Shown here: one piece after another, positions 40,161 through 49,751 of the stretch
Layout of the letters: every line of letters starts with the position of its first letter
Numbering within the stretch: position 1 is the stretch's first letter
From: an uncultured Clostridia bacterium
GTDB lineage: Bacteria > Bacillota > Clostridia > Oscillospirales > QAKW01
Direction of reading: 5' to 3'
NCBI GenBank assembly: GCA_944387895.1
Contig: CALXGQ010000008.1
Location: 21,921 to 85,920 of the forward strand
Length of the DNA stretch: 64,000 nucleotides
Translations under genes and position numbers: made by a program
The notes under the pieces: model-generated
Told to the model about the DNA's origin: nothing
What the model saw: only the letters and a program-made list of their open reading frames with translations
Database searches by the model: none

Positions 40161-42071
40161 ATGAAAGACGGTTTTATTAAGGTTGCCGCCGGAAGCGTTG
40201 CGGTTTCTGTTGCGGATCCGCAGAAAAACGCCGATGAGATCATCGGCCGGATCCAGGAAGCCGACCGGGCCGGCGTTCATCTGCTGGTTCTGCCGGAGCT
40301 TTGCATAACCGGCTACACCTGCGGCGATTTATTCTACAGCGAATTGCTCTTAAACGGCGCCCTTACGGCGCTGGAAAAAATCCGGAAGGCTACGGAAGAA
40401 TTATATCCCGTCGTTGTGGTAGGGCTTCCGCTTCGCTATCAGAGCAAGCTCTTTAACTGCGCCGCGGTTCTTTCTCAGGGCAACATCCTCGGATTCGTGC
40501 CGAAAACCCATCTGCCAAACTATGCGGAATTTTATGAAATGCGGCAGTTTTCTTCCGCGGAAGTACTCGACGGAACGGAAACAATCTTCATAAACGACGA
40601 GGAGATCCCCTTCGGCGCCAATCTGCTGTTCCGGCATCAGGCGCTGGAAAGCTATTGCTTCGGCGTTGAGATCTGCGAAGATCTCTGGGCCCCGGAAACG
40701 CCCTCTCAGTATCTGGCGGCGGCCGGCGCTCTGCTGATTGCCAATCCTTCCGCTTCCAATGAAGTCATCAGCAAAGACGATTATCGCCGTCTTCTGGTTT
40801 CAGCCACCTCCGCCCGGTTGATTGCCGGCTATATTTACAGCAATGCCGGGCCGGAAGAATCTACGCAGGACATGGTTTTTTCGCGCCATCATCTGATCGC
40901 GGAAAACGGCGCGATCCTGGCAGAAAACGCCCCCTTTGAAGAAAATCAGCTTCTGATCACGGAAATAGACTTGCAGCGCCTGACGGCAGAGCGGCATAAA
41001 AATACCAGTTTCTACAGCCGGTCGGATCCATTCTCCGTGCTTCTCTTTGACCAGGAGCTGCGGGAAACGACGCTGACCCGGCACTATCCCAAAAACCCCT
41101 TTGTGCCGGCGGATCCCTCGTCCCTGAGCAAAAGAGCGGAGTCCATCCTTCAAATCCAGGCTCAGGGCTTGAAAAAACGGCTGGAGCACACCAAAGCCCA
41201 ATGCGCCGTCGTCGGCATCTCCGGCGGGCTGGACAGCACTCTGGCGCTTCTTGTCGCCGCGCGGGCAATGAAGCTGCTCGGGCGGCCAAACAGCGATATC
41301 CTGGCCGTAACCATGCCCTGCTTCGGAACCTCGGCGCGCACCAAAACCAACGCTGTTTCGCTGTGCAGAGAGCTTGGCGCCGAGCTGATGGAAATCGATA
41401 TTACCGCAGCGGTCAGCCGACACTTCGCCGATATCGGGCAGGAGGAAACGGTCTACGACGTGACCTACGAAAATTCTCAGGCGCGGGAGCGGACGCAGGT
41501 TCTGATGGATCTGGCCAACCGGCGCGGCGGGCTCCTTGTTGGCACCGGGGATCTATCGGAGCTTGCCCTTGGCTGGGCTACCTACAACGGCGATCATATG
41601 TCCATGTATGGCGTGAACGCCTCTGTTCCGAAAACGCTGGTGCGCTATATTGTGCGCTATGAGGCGGAGCAAGCCTCCCCCGTACTCCGCGCCACCCTGC
41701 TGGATATCCTGGATACGCCGGTTTCACCGGAGCTTCTCCCGGTCGATCAGAACGGAGAGCTTTCGCAAAAAACAGAAGATCTGGTCGGTCCCTATGAGCT
41801 GCATGATTTTTACCTCTATCATTTTCTCCGGTTCGGCTATACGCCGAAGAAGCTGCTGCGGCTGGCGCGCTATGTCTTTCAGGACAGCTATGACGATGAA
41901 GTGCTGATCCATTGGCTGAAAACATTTCTACGCCGCTTTTTCACCCAGCAGTTTAAGCGCTCCTGCCTGCCGGACGGCCCGAAGGTAGGCTCGGTTTCCC
42001 TTTCCCCCCGCGGGGATTGGCGGATGCCGTCCGACGCTTCCTTTGCGCTCTGGATCAACGATCTGCAATAA
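40161..42071 (+). CDS. nadE: glutamine-dependent NAD+ synthetase
   Basis: Nitrilase domain ([22 protein letters not shown]) plus synthetase domain ([17 protein letters not shown]). Confidence 0.96.
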   Translation: MKDGFIKVAAGSVAVSVADPQKNADEIIGRIQEADRAGVHLLVLPELCITGYTCGDLFYSELLLNGALTALEKIRKATEELYPVVVVGLPLRYQSKLFNCAAVLSQGNILGFVPKTHLPNYAEFYEMRQFSSAEVLDGTETIFINDEEIPFGANLLFRHQALESYCFGVEICEDLWAPETPSQYLAAAGALLIANPSASNEVISKDDYRRLLVSATSARLIAGYIYSNAGPEESTQDMVFSRHHLIAENGAILAENAPFEENQLLITEIDLQRLTAERHKNTSFYSRSDPFSVLLFDQELRETTLTRHYPKNPFVPADPSSLSKRAESILQIQAQGLKKRLEHTKAQCAVVGISGGLDSTLALLVAARAMKLLGRPNSDILAVTMPCFGTSARTKTNAVSLCRELGAELMEIDITAAVSRHFADIGQEETVYDVTYENSQARERTQVLMDLANRRGGLLVGTGDLSELALGWATYNGDHMSMYGVNASVPKTLVRYIVRYEAEQASPVLRATLLDILDTPVSPELLPVDQNGELSQKTEDLVGPYELHDFYLYHFLRFGYTPKKLLRLARYVFQDSYDDEVLIHWLKTFLRRFFTQQFKRSCLPDGPKVGSVSLSPRGDWRMPSDASFALWINDLQ

Positions 42072-42112
42072 AAAAAGAAGCTGTTTCAGAATTTTCTGAA
42101 ACAGCTTTTTTT
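42070..42112. terminator. bidirectional terminator between nadE and the YesL-family gene
   Basis: AAGCTGTTTCAGAA/TTCTGAAACAGCTT inverted repeat flanked by A and T runs. Confidence 0.85.
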
Positions 42113-42887
42113 AGTCTTCATCGGGATCCAGCTCATCGCGGGAATCGGGTTCCTCAAATCCCTCGTATTTTTCATCCTCCAGCCGCTCTCCGGTTTTCGG
42201 ATCGAACCCATCGATCATATATTTTTTGATCAGCGGATTGATGATAAAGTTGATCAGCAGCCCGCAGAAGGAGAAATAAATCGTCACCAAAATAAAGAAA
42301 AGATAAATGATATTGACATACTGCACCAAAAGCAGCGTCACCACAACCAGAATCGCCGTGAGCAGCAGGTTTCTGAAAAATCCCGCCCAGCAGAAAATAA
42401 ACGCGTTTTTCAGCAGCTGCCGGAAGGTAAGGCGGAAGGTGATCATCATATTATAAACATAGTAGCGCATGAACACCCAGACCGTCAGGGAAAGGAAGAT
42501 CGCCGCCAGCGAAAGGGTGCTCAGAAACTGGTTCGGCACATTCCGGATCGCATTCAGATCCAGCCACAGAAAGAGAAAAATGCCGAGATCCAGCAAAGAA
42601 AACAAAAATGCCTGCAAAAAGTTCTTTTTGAAGGTTTCGATAAAATCACCCCAGATGAACGCGTGCTCTTCTCTGGCGTAATTTCTCATGATTTTAGTGA
42701 ATCCGGCCGTTGCGGGCCCGATTGTGAAAATCGGGATGCAAAACAAAACATACAGCATATTCGCCGAGATCAACTGCCAGAATTTCCGGAAAAAAATCCG
42801 GAAAAACAGCAAAAATCTTGGCGTCGTTTCATTTTTTGAAACCCCTTTTCCTTCTTTCTGATACTGATTGAAAAGCCCCATGCTCAC
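42111..42887 (-). CDS. YesL/DUF624 family membrane protein
   Basis: FCIPIFTIGPATAG, FKKNFLQA and LLKNAFI; several TM helices. Confidence 0.8.
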   Translation of the reverse strand: MSMGLFNQYQKEGKGVSKNETTPRFLLFFRIFFRKFWQLISANMLYVLFCIPIFTIGPATAGFTKIMRNYAREEHAFIWGDFIETFKKNFLQAFLFSLLDLGIFLFLWLDLNAIRNVPNQFLSTLSLAAIFLSLTVWVFMRYYVYNMMITFRLTFRQLLKNAFIFCWAGFFRNLLLTAILVVVTLLLVQYVNIIYLFFILVTIYFSFCGLLINFIINPLIKKYMIDGFDPKTGERLEDEKYEGFEEPDSRDELDPDED

Positions 42888-43786
42888 TCACCTGCCTTTA
42901 CTGCGCGGGGATGACAATTTTCATAGGCGGTCAGATACTTATCTTTCAAAAGCTTTGCGTATACCTTTGTGGAAGATATGGAAGAATGCCCCATCATATC
43001 TTTTACCATATTAATATCTGCACCATTTTCCAAAAGATGCGCGGCAAAAGAATGACGCAGCGTTTTCGGTGTGATATCCTTGTCTATTTTTGCCGCCGCC
43101 GTATACCCCTTAACCAGCTTCCAGAAGCCCTGACGGGTCATGGGTTGTCCGGAAGTGTTTAAAAAAAGCGTATTTTCCTTCTGGCCGTTCAACAGCTGCC
43201 TGCGGCTTTCGTTCATATAAGTACGCAACGCCTGGACTGCAAGGGAATAAAGCGGAATGATCCGTTCCTTTTCTTCATGATGGTTCAGCATCAGATACCC
43301 GATATCCAGATTTACATCGGAAACCTGCAACGTCAGCAGCTCGCTGACGCGGATCCCTGAAGCGTACAGAACCTCCAGCATCGCCTTGTCCCGAATCCCT
43401 TTCACCGTCAAAACGTCCGGCTGCCAGAGGAGAAGCTCCACCTCTTCGTTGGTGAGGATCTCCGGCTGAGGAGCTGCGCTTTTCAAGCCCTTGATCCCTA
43501 CCATCGGGCTGACAGCGATCATTTTTCTCGAAAGAAGATACTTGAAAAAGCAGCGCATCGTCGACATGGAGCGGGAAATGGTCGCTTCGCTTTTCTGCGC
43601 CTTTTTCAAAGAAGCAAAGTACTTTTTCATATCACGATCCGTTACGCTCGCCCAGGAGGTGATATTTTTGGCCTGCAAATAGGTCATCAACTGGCGAAGA
43701 TCGCGCTGATAGGAAGAAAGGGTGTTGGCGGAGATCTTTTTCTTGGTCAAAAGATAATTGCAGAAATTCATATAACTCCGTTCCAA
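42884..43786 (-). CDS. xerD: XerD-like tyrosine recombinase with a variant active site
   Basis: SAM-like N-terminus (SANTLSSYQRDL), RDKAMLEVLYASGIRVSE, LRHSFA, MMGH and TKVY; downstream of spoIIM as in other spore formers; TTG start. Confidence 0.85.
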   Translation of the reverse strand: MERSYMNFCNYLLTKKKISANTLSSYQRDLRQLMTYLQAKNITSWASVTDRDMKKYFASLKKAQKSEATISRSMSTMRCFFKYLLSRKMIAVSPMVGIKGLKSAAPQPEILTNEEVELLLWQPDVLTVKGIRDKAMLEVLYASGIRVSELLTLQVSDVNLDIGYLMLNHHEEKERIIPLYSLAVQALRTYMNESRRQLLNGQKENTLFLNTSGQPMTRQGFWKLVKGYTAAAKIDKDITPKTLRHSFAAHLLENGADINMVKDMMGHSSISSTKVYAKLLKDKYLTAYENCHPRAVKAGE

Positions 43787-43844
43787 CGATGTTTCCTCCT
43801 TTCAGTAAAATTTCAGGCGGCAGCCTGGCCGCAAAGCCGCCCTG

Positions 43845-44432
43845 TCAAAACAAGCTTAAAATCACCGGCACCATCTTCCATTCCCACAAGGCTCCGCATA
43901 AAAGAAAAGGACTGACTGCAAGCAGACAGTAGCTATGGCGAAGAAATTCCCGGTAAGCGGCGCCGTGCTTTCCCCTGCCTTTCAACAGCTCGAAAAGAAC
44001 CACCGATAGCCGGGCCGAGGAATAGCAGAGAAAATAACCAAGCACCGTATAGAAAAAATTCTGGACGAAAAAAGCCAGAGTCCCCAGAATCAAGCCCCGC
44101 CACCCGGATAAAATGGCGGCAAGAGCAATCAGAAGGCCGATGGAAAAGCCCTTATAGAGCGGATAAAGCGGAACGAGCGGAATCCCCACTACCGTTAGCC
44201 CCAGCAAAAAGATCAGAAGAAAGAAGATAAATTGCTGTAAAAACGCCGCGAAAAAACCGCAGCTGTTTTCGGGGCTGAAAAGAAGCTGAGCCTGCGTCGA
44301 AAAATCATTCCGCAGCAAAACGGCGGTTCCTGCCCCGATAAATACCCCGATCAGATACAGCAAACCATACAGCCGAATGACCGGCAGCTCCTGGATGTAA
44401 GTCTTTTTAATTTTACGCAGCAATCGATTCAT
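43845..44432 (-). CDS. spoIIM: stage II sporulation protein M
   Basis: About 5 TM helices, GLTVVGIP...YKGFSIG, C-terminal WE..VP; sigmaE promoter; upstream of xerD. Confidence 0.78.
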   Translation of the reverse strand: MNRLLRKIKKTYIQELPVIRLYGLLYLIGVFIGAGTAVLLRNDFSTQAQLLFSPENSCGFFAAFLQQFIFFLLIFLLGLTVVGIPLVPLYPLYKGFSIGLLIALAAILSGWRGLILGTLAFFVQNFFYTVLGYFLCYSSARLSVVLFELLKGRGKHGAAYREFLRHSYCLLAVSPFLLCGALWEWKMVPVILSLF

Positions 44433-44448
44433 ACCATCACCTCATCAC

Positions 44449-44477
44449 AGACTATGAGGGATTGTCCATCGATATGC
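44449..44477 (-). promoter_or_regulatory. sigmaE-type promoter of spoIIM
   Basis: GCATAT-15 nt-CATAGTCT on the minus strand. Confidence 0.7.
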
Positions 44478-44590
44478 CATAAAAATTATGTAAAGAAATA
44501 CGCCGCCCTTTTTTCTTAGACAGCGTATACATTTTACTCCTTTTTTTCCTATTTCGCAAGGGCATTTTAAGGGAATTTATTTTTTTGTAA

Positions 44591-44641
44591 AACCTGCATA
44601 AACAAAATTATGTAAACCAACGGATAATTATTATGTAAACT
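44591..44641. other. dif-like Xer site plus an extra XerD arm
   Basis: AACCTGCATAA-ACAAAA-TTATGTAAACC (11-6-11) at 44591-44618, and TTATGTAAACT at 44631-44641. Confidence 0.5.
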
Positions 44642-44777
44642 TATACGCGTGGTATTTTCAGCCACAAGATATAGATTTCTTTCGTTTTTAAATCCCAAAT
44701 TTTGTTGTTTTGAAAAGTCAAGTACTATTTTAAAAAAGTTTGATTCCTTCGTCTGCTTTATGCAAAATGACAATATC

Positions 44778-45179
44778 TCACCTTTTCCTCATCACCCCGC
44801 CAAGGGCTCCGCCAACCAGAACAAATACCAGCGTAAAGACGATTCCGATCACGCCGTTCCAGGTGAAATAACCGCCCATTTCCAGCGCCAGATTTCCGAG
44901 GATCTTGATGACAATTACCGCGCCGCCCATGATGCCGGCCGAGAGGATCCCTTTCATTTTGGCCTTTATTGTCAGAAAGGCTGTTGAAACGATCAGTCCT
45001 ACCCCGCTCCCCAAAACATTGCCGACCTTGAGCAGCGATTCCGGAGCGGAAGTTTTCAGAACGATCAGCGCAGTAATCGCGTCAAAAGCAGCCAGCAAAG
45101 CAAAGCAAAGCAGCAGCGCAATAAAAGAAAAAATCACAACGCCAAGCGCTGTGATTTTTTTTGATTCTTCATATTTCAT
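44778..45179 (-). CDS. TIGR04086/YrzE-like 4-TM membrane protein
   Basis: Four hydrophobic segments, KGILSAG, C-terminal GGALGG; downstream of yajC; sigmaE-type promoter. Confidence 0.72.
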   Translation of the reverse strand: MKYEESKKITALGVVIFSFIALLLCFALLAAFDAITALIVLKTSAPESLLKVGNVLGSGVGLIVSTAFLTIKAKMKGILSAGIMGGAVIVIKILGNLALEMGGYFTWNGVIGIVFTLVFVLVGGALGGVMRKR

Positions 45180-45209
45180 TCGAGCACCCTCCCATAAAAT
45201 CGGTAGTAT

Positions 45210-45238
45210 ACTCTATGAAACAGTCGGTTTGATTATGC
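45210..45238 (-). promoter_or_regulatory. sigmaE-type promoter of the TIGR04086-like gene
   Basis: GCATAA-15 nt-CATAGAGT on the minus strand. Confidence 0.68.
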
Positions 45239-45239
45239 C

Positions 45240-45518
45240 TTATTCGTCGATTTTAGAGGCGATCGCCCATCTTTTGAAACGCAGTTTCGTTTTATCGGAG
45301 CCGGTTTCGATCAGAATGGTATCCAGATCCTTTGTTGAAACAACCTTTCCGACAATCCCGCATTCCATCAAAACCATATCGCCGACCTCAAGATTGTTCT
45401 GCATGTTTTTGCGTTCCTGCTGGCGCTTTTTATCTTTTTTGGTCATGAAGACCGTAAAAATAACCATCACAGCAAGAATAATAATCATACCGCCGTAAGT
45501 GCTCAAAAACTGTCCCAT
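45240..45518 (-). CDS. yajC: preprotein translocase subunit YajC
   Basis: N-terminal TM helix, LEVGDMV..CGIVGKV and FKRWAI; follows tgt. Confidence 0.9.
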   Translation of the reverse strand: MGQFLSTYGGMIIILAVMVIFTVFMTKKDKKRQQERKNMQNNLEVGDMVLMECGIVGKVVSTKDLDTILIETGSDKTKLRFKRWAIASKIDE

Positions 45519-45547
45519 TTCTCTTCTCCTTTTTGCATATTAAGTAA

Positions 45548-45576
45548 ATTATATATAAAAAGAATCCTGTTGTCAA
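45548..45576 (-). promoter_or_regulatory. internal sigmaA promoter of yajC
   Basis: Perfect TTGACA-17 nt-TATAAT on the minus strand. Confidence 0.8.
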
Positions 45577-45579
45577 CAA

Positions 45580-46710
45580 TTAAATGCGTTTCTCCAGCAT
45601 CGCGGCCGTTTCTTCCTTCCAGCCATGAAAATCTCCAGCGGCAAGGTGGCTGCGGATTTGCTCCATCAGATCGTTGTAAAAATATAAATTGTGCATCACG
45701 CACAGCCGCATTGCCAGCATCTCCCCCGCTTTGAAAAGATGGCGTATATACGCTCTTGAGAAATGGCAGCAGGTCGGACATTGACATTTTTCATCCAGAG
45801 GACGTTCATCTGTTTCATATTTTTTATTCAAAAGGTTCATTACGCCGCCGGAAGTGAAAACATGGGAATGACGCGCATTGCGCGCCGGCATAACGCAATC
45901 AAAAAAATCAACGCCGCGCGCTACGCCTTCCAGAATATTCGCCGGCGTGCCGACACCCATCAGATAACGGGGTTTATCCTCCGGTGCAAAGGGGATCACA
46001 TGATCCAAAACGCGATACATTTCCTCCGCAGGCTCGCCGACCGCAAGTCCGCCGATGGCATAGCCGTCCGCCCCCAGTTCTGTGATCTGCTTCATGTTTT
46101 CGATCCGCAGATCATCATAAGTCCCCCCCTGATTGATGGCAAAGAGGAGCTGATGCGGATTGACCGTATCCGGCAGACTGTTCAGCCGCGCCAATTCGGT
46201 CTTGCAGCGTTTCAGCCAGCGCACCGTGCGTTCCGACGATTCTTTCACATAGCCATAAGGAGCGGGATTCTCCACGCATTCATCAAAGGCCATGGCGATG
46301 GTGGAGCCGAGATGGGACTGGATCTGCATACTTTCCTCCGGCCCCATAAATATTTTCCGTCCGTCGATATGAGAGGAAAAGGTAACGCCCTCCTCTTTGA
46401 TATTGCGAAGCTTTGCCAGAGAAAAAACCTGAAAACCGCCGCTATCGGTTAAAATTGGCCCGTCCCAGCGCGTCATTTTATGAAGTCCGCCCAGTTTCTT
46501 AACGATCTCATCTCCGGGACGTAAATGCAGATGATAGGTATTGCAGAGCTGGATCTGGCATTTCAAATCCTTCAGATCCAGCGCCGAAACCGCGCCCTTG
46601 ATCGCGCCGCAGGTGGCCACGTTCATAAAAACAGGCGTCTGCACCGTGCCGTGCACCGTTTCAAATACGCCAAGCCTGGCGTTCTGATCTTTTTTTATCA
46701 ATGAATACAT
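45580..46710 (-). CDS. tgt: tRNA-guanine transglycosylase
   Basis: TPVFM, NTYHL, TDSGGFQVFSL, GGLAVGE, FDCVMP and zinc ligands. Confidence 0.97.
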   Translation of the reverse strand: MYSLIKKDQNARLGVFETVHGTVQTPVFMNVATCGAIKGAVSALDLKDLKCQIQLCNTYHLHLRPGDEIVKKLGGLHKMTRWDGPILTDSGGFQVFSLAKLRNIKEEGVTFSSHIDGRKIFMGPEESMQIQSHLGSTIAMAFDECVENPAPYGYVKESSERTVRWLKRCKTELARLNSLPDTVNPHQLLFAINQGGTYDDLRIENMKQITELGADGYAIGGLAVGEPAEEMYRVLDHVIPFAPEDKPRYLMGVGTPANILEGVARGVDFFDCVMPARNARHSHVFTSGGVMNLLNKKYETDERPLDEKCQCPTCCHFSRAYIRHLFKAGEMLAMRLCVMHNLYFYNDLMEQIRSHLAAGDFHGWKEETAAMLEKRI

Positions 46711-46778
46711 CTTGTTCTCCTGACTGCCGGCCGGAACACCCGCCGGAAGTATTGCCTTATTTTAAATGCCCGCTGCGC

Positions 46779-47819
46779 TCACAGGATCAGCATGGCATCG
46801 CCAAAGCTGAAAAAACGATAACGGTTTTCTACCGCCACGCGGTAGGCCTCCATAATATTGTCCCGCCCCGCCAATGCGCTGACCAGCATCATCAGCGTAC
46901 TTTTCGGCAGGTGGAAGTTGGTGATCAGGGCGTCCGTCACCTTAAAACGATAGCCCGGATAGATAAAGATCCCCGTTTCTCCGGATTGCTGCACGCAATT
47001 CAGTTCCTCATCGAATCCGCTTTCCAGCGTCCGGGTCGCCGTTGTGCCAACGGAAACCACCCTGCCGCCCGTTTTTTTTGTTTCCCGGATCAGACGGATC
47101 GTTTCCTCCGGTATGGAAAAATATTCCTTGTGCATGATATGCTTTTCAATATCCTTTTCCTTGACCGGCCGGAAGGTTCCCAGCCCAACATGGAGGGTTA
47201 CCGACGCAATCTTGACGCCGTGATCGCGAACCTTATCCAAAAGTTCATTGGTGAAATGAAGGCCCGCCGTCGGCGCAGCAGCCGACCCGAGAGCGCGGGC
47301 ATAGACGGTTTGATACCGGCCCTGATCCTCAAGCTGTCTGGTAATATACGGCGGGAGCGGCATCCTGCCGATCCGATCCAAAACCTCATAGATGGTGGCG
47401 GCATGATGCGCAAAACGAATCTTCCGCTTGCCGTCTTCCAGGATCTCCAGAACCGTTCCGGTCATTCCTTCCTGAAATTCCAAAATCTGACCGGGCCGCG
47501 CTTTTTTTCCGGGCCGCACCAGAACCTCCCAGACATTCTCTTCCAGCGCCTTCAGCAGCAGAACCTCCACCACCCCGCCGGTTCCGGAGCGGGTGCCGAA
47601 AATACGCGCCGGAATGACCTTGGAATCATTGACGACCAGCAAATCCCCTTCCCGCAGATAATCGGTTATATTGTAGAAATTCCGATGCTCCAGTTCGCCG
47701 GTTTCCCGATGAAGCACCAGAAGACGGGACTGGTCGCGCTGCGGCAGAGGCGTTTGCGCAATCAGCTCCTCCGGCAGTTCATAATCAAAATCATCAATCG
47801 TCACTTTATATTTCCTCAT
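46779..47819 (-). CDS. queA: S-adenosylmethionine:tRNA ribosyltransferase-isomerase
   Basis: FDYELPEELIAQTP, PLPPYI, AAPTAGLHF, HVGLGTF and YRFFSFGDAM. Exact start is uncertain (ATG 47819 or a downstream GTG). Confidence 0.96.
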   Translation of the reverse strand: MRKYKVTIDDFDYELPEELIAQTPLPQRDQSRLLVLHRETGELEHRNFYNITDYLREGDLLVVNDSKVIPARIFGTRSGTGGVVEVLLLKALEENVWEVLVRPGKKARPGQILEFQEGMTGTVLEILEDGKRKIRFAHHAATIYEVLDRIGRMPLPPYITRQLEDQGRYQTVYARALGSAAAPTAGLHFTNELLDKVRDHGVKIASVTLHVGLGTFRPVKEKDIEKHIMHKEYFSIPEETIRLIRETKKTGGRVVSVGTTATRTLESGFDEELNCVQQSGETGIFIYPGYRFKVTDALITNFHLPKSTLMMLVSALAGRDNIMEAYRVAVENRYRFFSFGDAMLIL

Positions 47820-47873
47820 TAAATCTTTAAAAATCCTGCATCGCGGTATCAACATCCTGCACCGCTTCATATT

Positions 47874-47902
47874 ATTATAAATGGAAAAGCTTCATATTTC
47901 AA
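47874..47902 (-). promoter_or_regulatory. sigmaA promoter of queA-tgt
   Basis: TTGAAA-17 nt-TATAAT on the minus strand. Confidence 0.7.
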
Positions 47903-47930
47903 TAGATTTTTAACAGCGGAGGGACATCTC

Positions 47931-48815
47931 ATGAAAAAGAAACTTTTCAGCGGCGCCGCAACGGCTCTGGTGACTCCTTTCGACAAAGAGGGAGCTCTCG
48001 ATTTAGAAGCGCTGCGCCAACTCATCGAATTTCAAATTGAAAATGGGATTTCCGCCCTGATCCTGGCCGGCACCACCGGCGAGGCAAGCACGCTGAATTT
48101 TGAAGAATTCAGCCTTCTGATCGCCAAAGCGAGCGAATATATCCGTCACCGCGTTCCGCTGATCGCCGGAACGGGAAGCAACAATACCGCAGAAAGCATC
48201 AGGCGGAGTCTGGAGGCGGAAAAACGCGGCGCAGACGGCTTGCTCATGGTAACCCCCTATTATAACAAAACAACGCAGGAGGGGCTTCTGCGGCATTACT
48301 TTGCAATAGCAGACCGGGTAAAAATCCCGATCATCCTTTATAAAGTACCCGCCAGAACCGGTTTGGACATCCTGCCGGACACCTGCCGGAAGCTTGCAGA
48401 GCACCCCAACATCATTGCCATCAAAGACGCCGGCGGCAACGTTGAGAAAACGGCCGATCTGCGGGCCGCCTGCCCAGAGCTGACCCTTTACAGCGGGAAC
48501 GACGATTATATTTTGCCTGCCTATTCTCTGGGAGGCGAGGGCGTGATCTCTGTTCTTTCAAATGTGGCGCCGAAAGAGGTGCAAAGAATTTGTACACTTT
48601 TTGAATCGGGCGCATATAAAAAAGCGGCCGAAGAGCAGCTGCGGCTGCTGCCATTGATCCGCGCGCTCTTTGCAGAGGTCAATCCCATCCCCGTCAAAAA
48701 AGCGGTGGAGCTGATCGGTCTTTCAGCCGGGGAGCCAAGGCTTCCGCTCATTGCCTGCCATGCTGCAACGGAGAAAAAAATTCAAAGCGCGTTAAAAGAA
48801 GCGGGGTTGCTATAA
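47931..48815 (+). CDS. dapA: 4-hydroxy-tetrahydrodipicolinate synthase
   Basis: ALVTPF, GTTGE, TPYYNK, IKDA Schiff-base lysine, SGND and NPIPVK. Confidence 0.93.
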   Translation: MKKKLFSGAATALVTPFDKEGALDLEALRQLIEFQIENGISALILAGTTGEASTLNFEEFSLLIAKASEYIRHRVPLIAGTGSNNTAESIRRSLEAEKRGADGLLMVTPYYNKTTQEGLLRHYFAIADRVKIPIILYKVPARTGLDILPDTCRKLAEHPNIIAIKDAGGNVEKTADLRAACPELTLYSGNDDYILPAYSLGGEGVISVLSNVAPKEVQRICTLFESGAYKKAAEEQLRLLPLIRALFAEVNPIPVKKAVELIGLSAGEPRLPLIACHAATEKKIQSALKEAGLL

Positions 48816-48826
48816 CCCCGCTTTTT
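48794..48826. terminator. bidirectional terminator between dapA and DUF4037
   Basis: AAGCGGGGTT/AACCCCGCTT stem with flanking A and T runs. Confidence 0.8.
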
Positions 48827-49751
48827 ATTCGCCGATCTCCATCAGATGCAGCGCTCTGATCTCCGGATCGCAAATCTGCTTGGTGACCGATAGAGCATGA
48901 TTTTCCAGATAGCGATCCCGCAGAAAGGAAAGATCTCTCCTGTGCAGCTCGTTCTTGACCACGGCGCAAATCTCTTCAATGGCGGATGAAACATCCGATT
49001 TGGCGCCATCGATTACAAGCGATTCCAGCCTTTCCGCCAGATTTCCCAAAAACGGAAGCTCCCTTGCGGCGCGGAAGCGCCACTTATAAAAAGGCGCATA
49101 GCGGTTATTGAGCAAAAAAAGCAGATGCAAGGCGTGATCTACAAATTCGTGCAGCGCCAGCGCAGAAGCGCCGAGCTCGCCATGGGCACGGCAGCGCCTG
49201 TAATTATATTGGCCGGACTGCGCCATAAGCGCCAGCCGTCCGGCAAGCTTTTTCATGAAAACATCACGGGGATATCCGGCCAGAAGCTCTTCACGGATCG
49301 CAGAGAATTTTTTCAGATCGTCGCGAAAGATCCGGCCGTTTACTGCCGTAGCAAGCGCATATTCCGGCAAATAAAACCATTCGCGCCAGTTCTGCGGCGC
49401 GCCCGGCAGACCGATACACGCTGAATAAAATTCCTCAATGGTAAAAACGCCGTGCCTGCGCTCCGAACCGCCGCTTTTAGCGCGCAGCGACAGTCCCATA
49501 AATTCCTGCGGAAGAGCCTGGTAGGCCTCCATCAGGGCAAAGCCGATTTCAGCGTCGTCCTCCCAGGTCAGCCACAGGCAGAACCCGGGCGCAAAATCGT
49601 GATCCTGAGAAACCGCATCGTCATAGCCGAAACATTCAGAGCCGGATCCTACCAATCCAACGGCGATGCGTTCTTCATAGCCCGGGAACCGCTCCAGCAT
49701 CGCGCGGCCGTAGCGTTCATAAAATTTTTCCGAGAGTTCAAGCCCCTTCAT
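48825..49751 (-). CDS. DUF4037 domain protein (nucleotidyltransferase-like)
   Basis: MKGLELS..FY, VGLVGSGSECFGYDDAVSQDHDF.PGF, MAQSGQYNY and YAPFYKW. Confidence 0.85.
   Translation of the reverse strand: MKGLELSEKFYERYGRAMLERFPGYEERIAVGLVGSGSECFGYDDAVSQDHDFAPGFCLWLTWEDDAEIGFALMEAYQALPQEFMGLSLRAKSGGSERRHGVFTIEEFYSACIGLPGAPQNWREWFYLPEYALATAVNGRIFRDDLKKFSAIREELLAGYPRDVFMKKLAGRLALMAQSGQYNYRRCRAHGELGASALALHEFVDHALHLLFLLNNRYAPFYKWRFRAARELPFLGNLAERLESLVIDGAKSDVSSAIEEICAVVKNELHRRDLSFLRDRYLENHALSVTKQICDPEIRALHLMEIGE

Noticed and set aside
42884-43786. Tyrosine recombinase as the integrase of a prophage or ICE
   Set aside because: It lies in the spoIIM-xerD housekeeping context, with no phage or conjugation genes and no flanking att duplication.
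44567-44987. Short ORFs in and around the AT-rich gap upstream of spoIIM
   Set aside because: No RBS, atypical composition, or antisense to the TIGR04086-like gene; the region is better explained as regulatory DNA.
47820-47930. preQ1 riboswitch for queA-tgt or lysine riboswitch for dapA
   Set aside because: The gap is only 110 nt and lacks the conserved preQ1 stem-loop with its A-rich tail and the L-box core.
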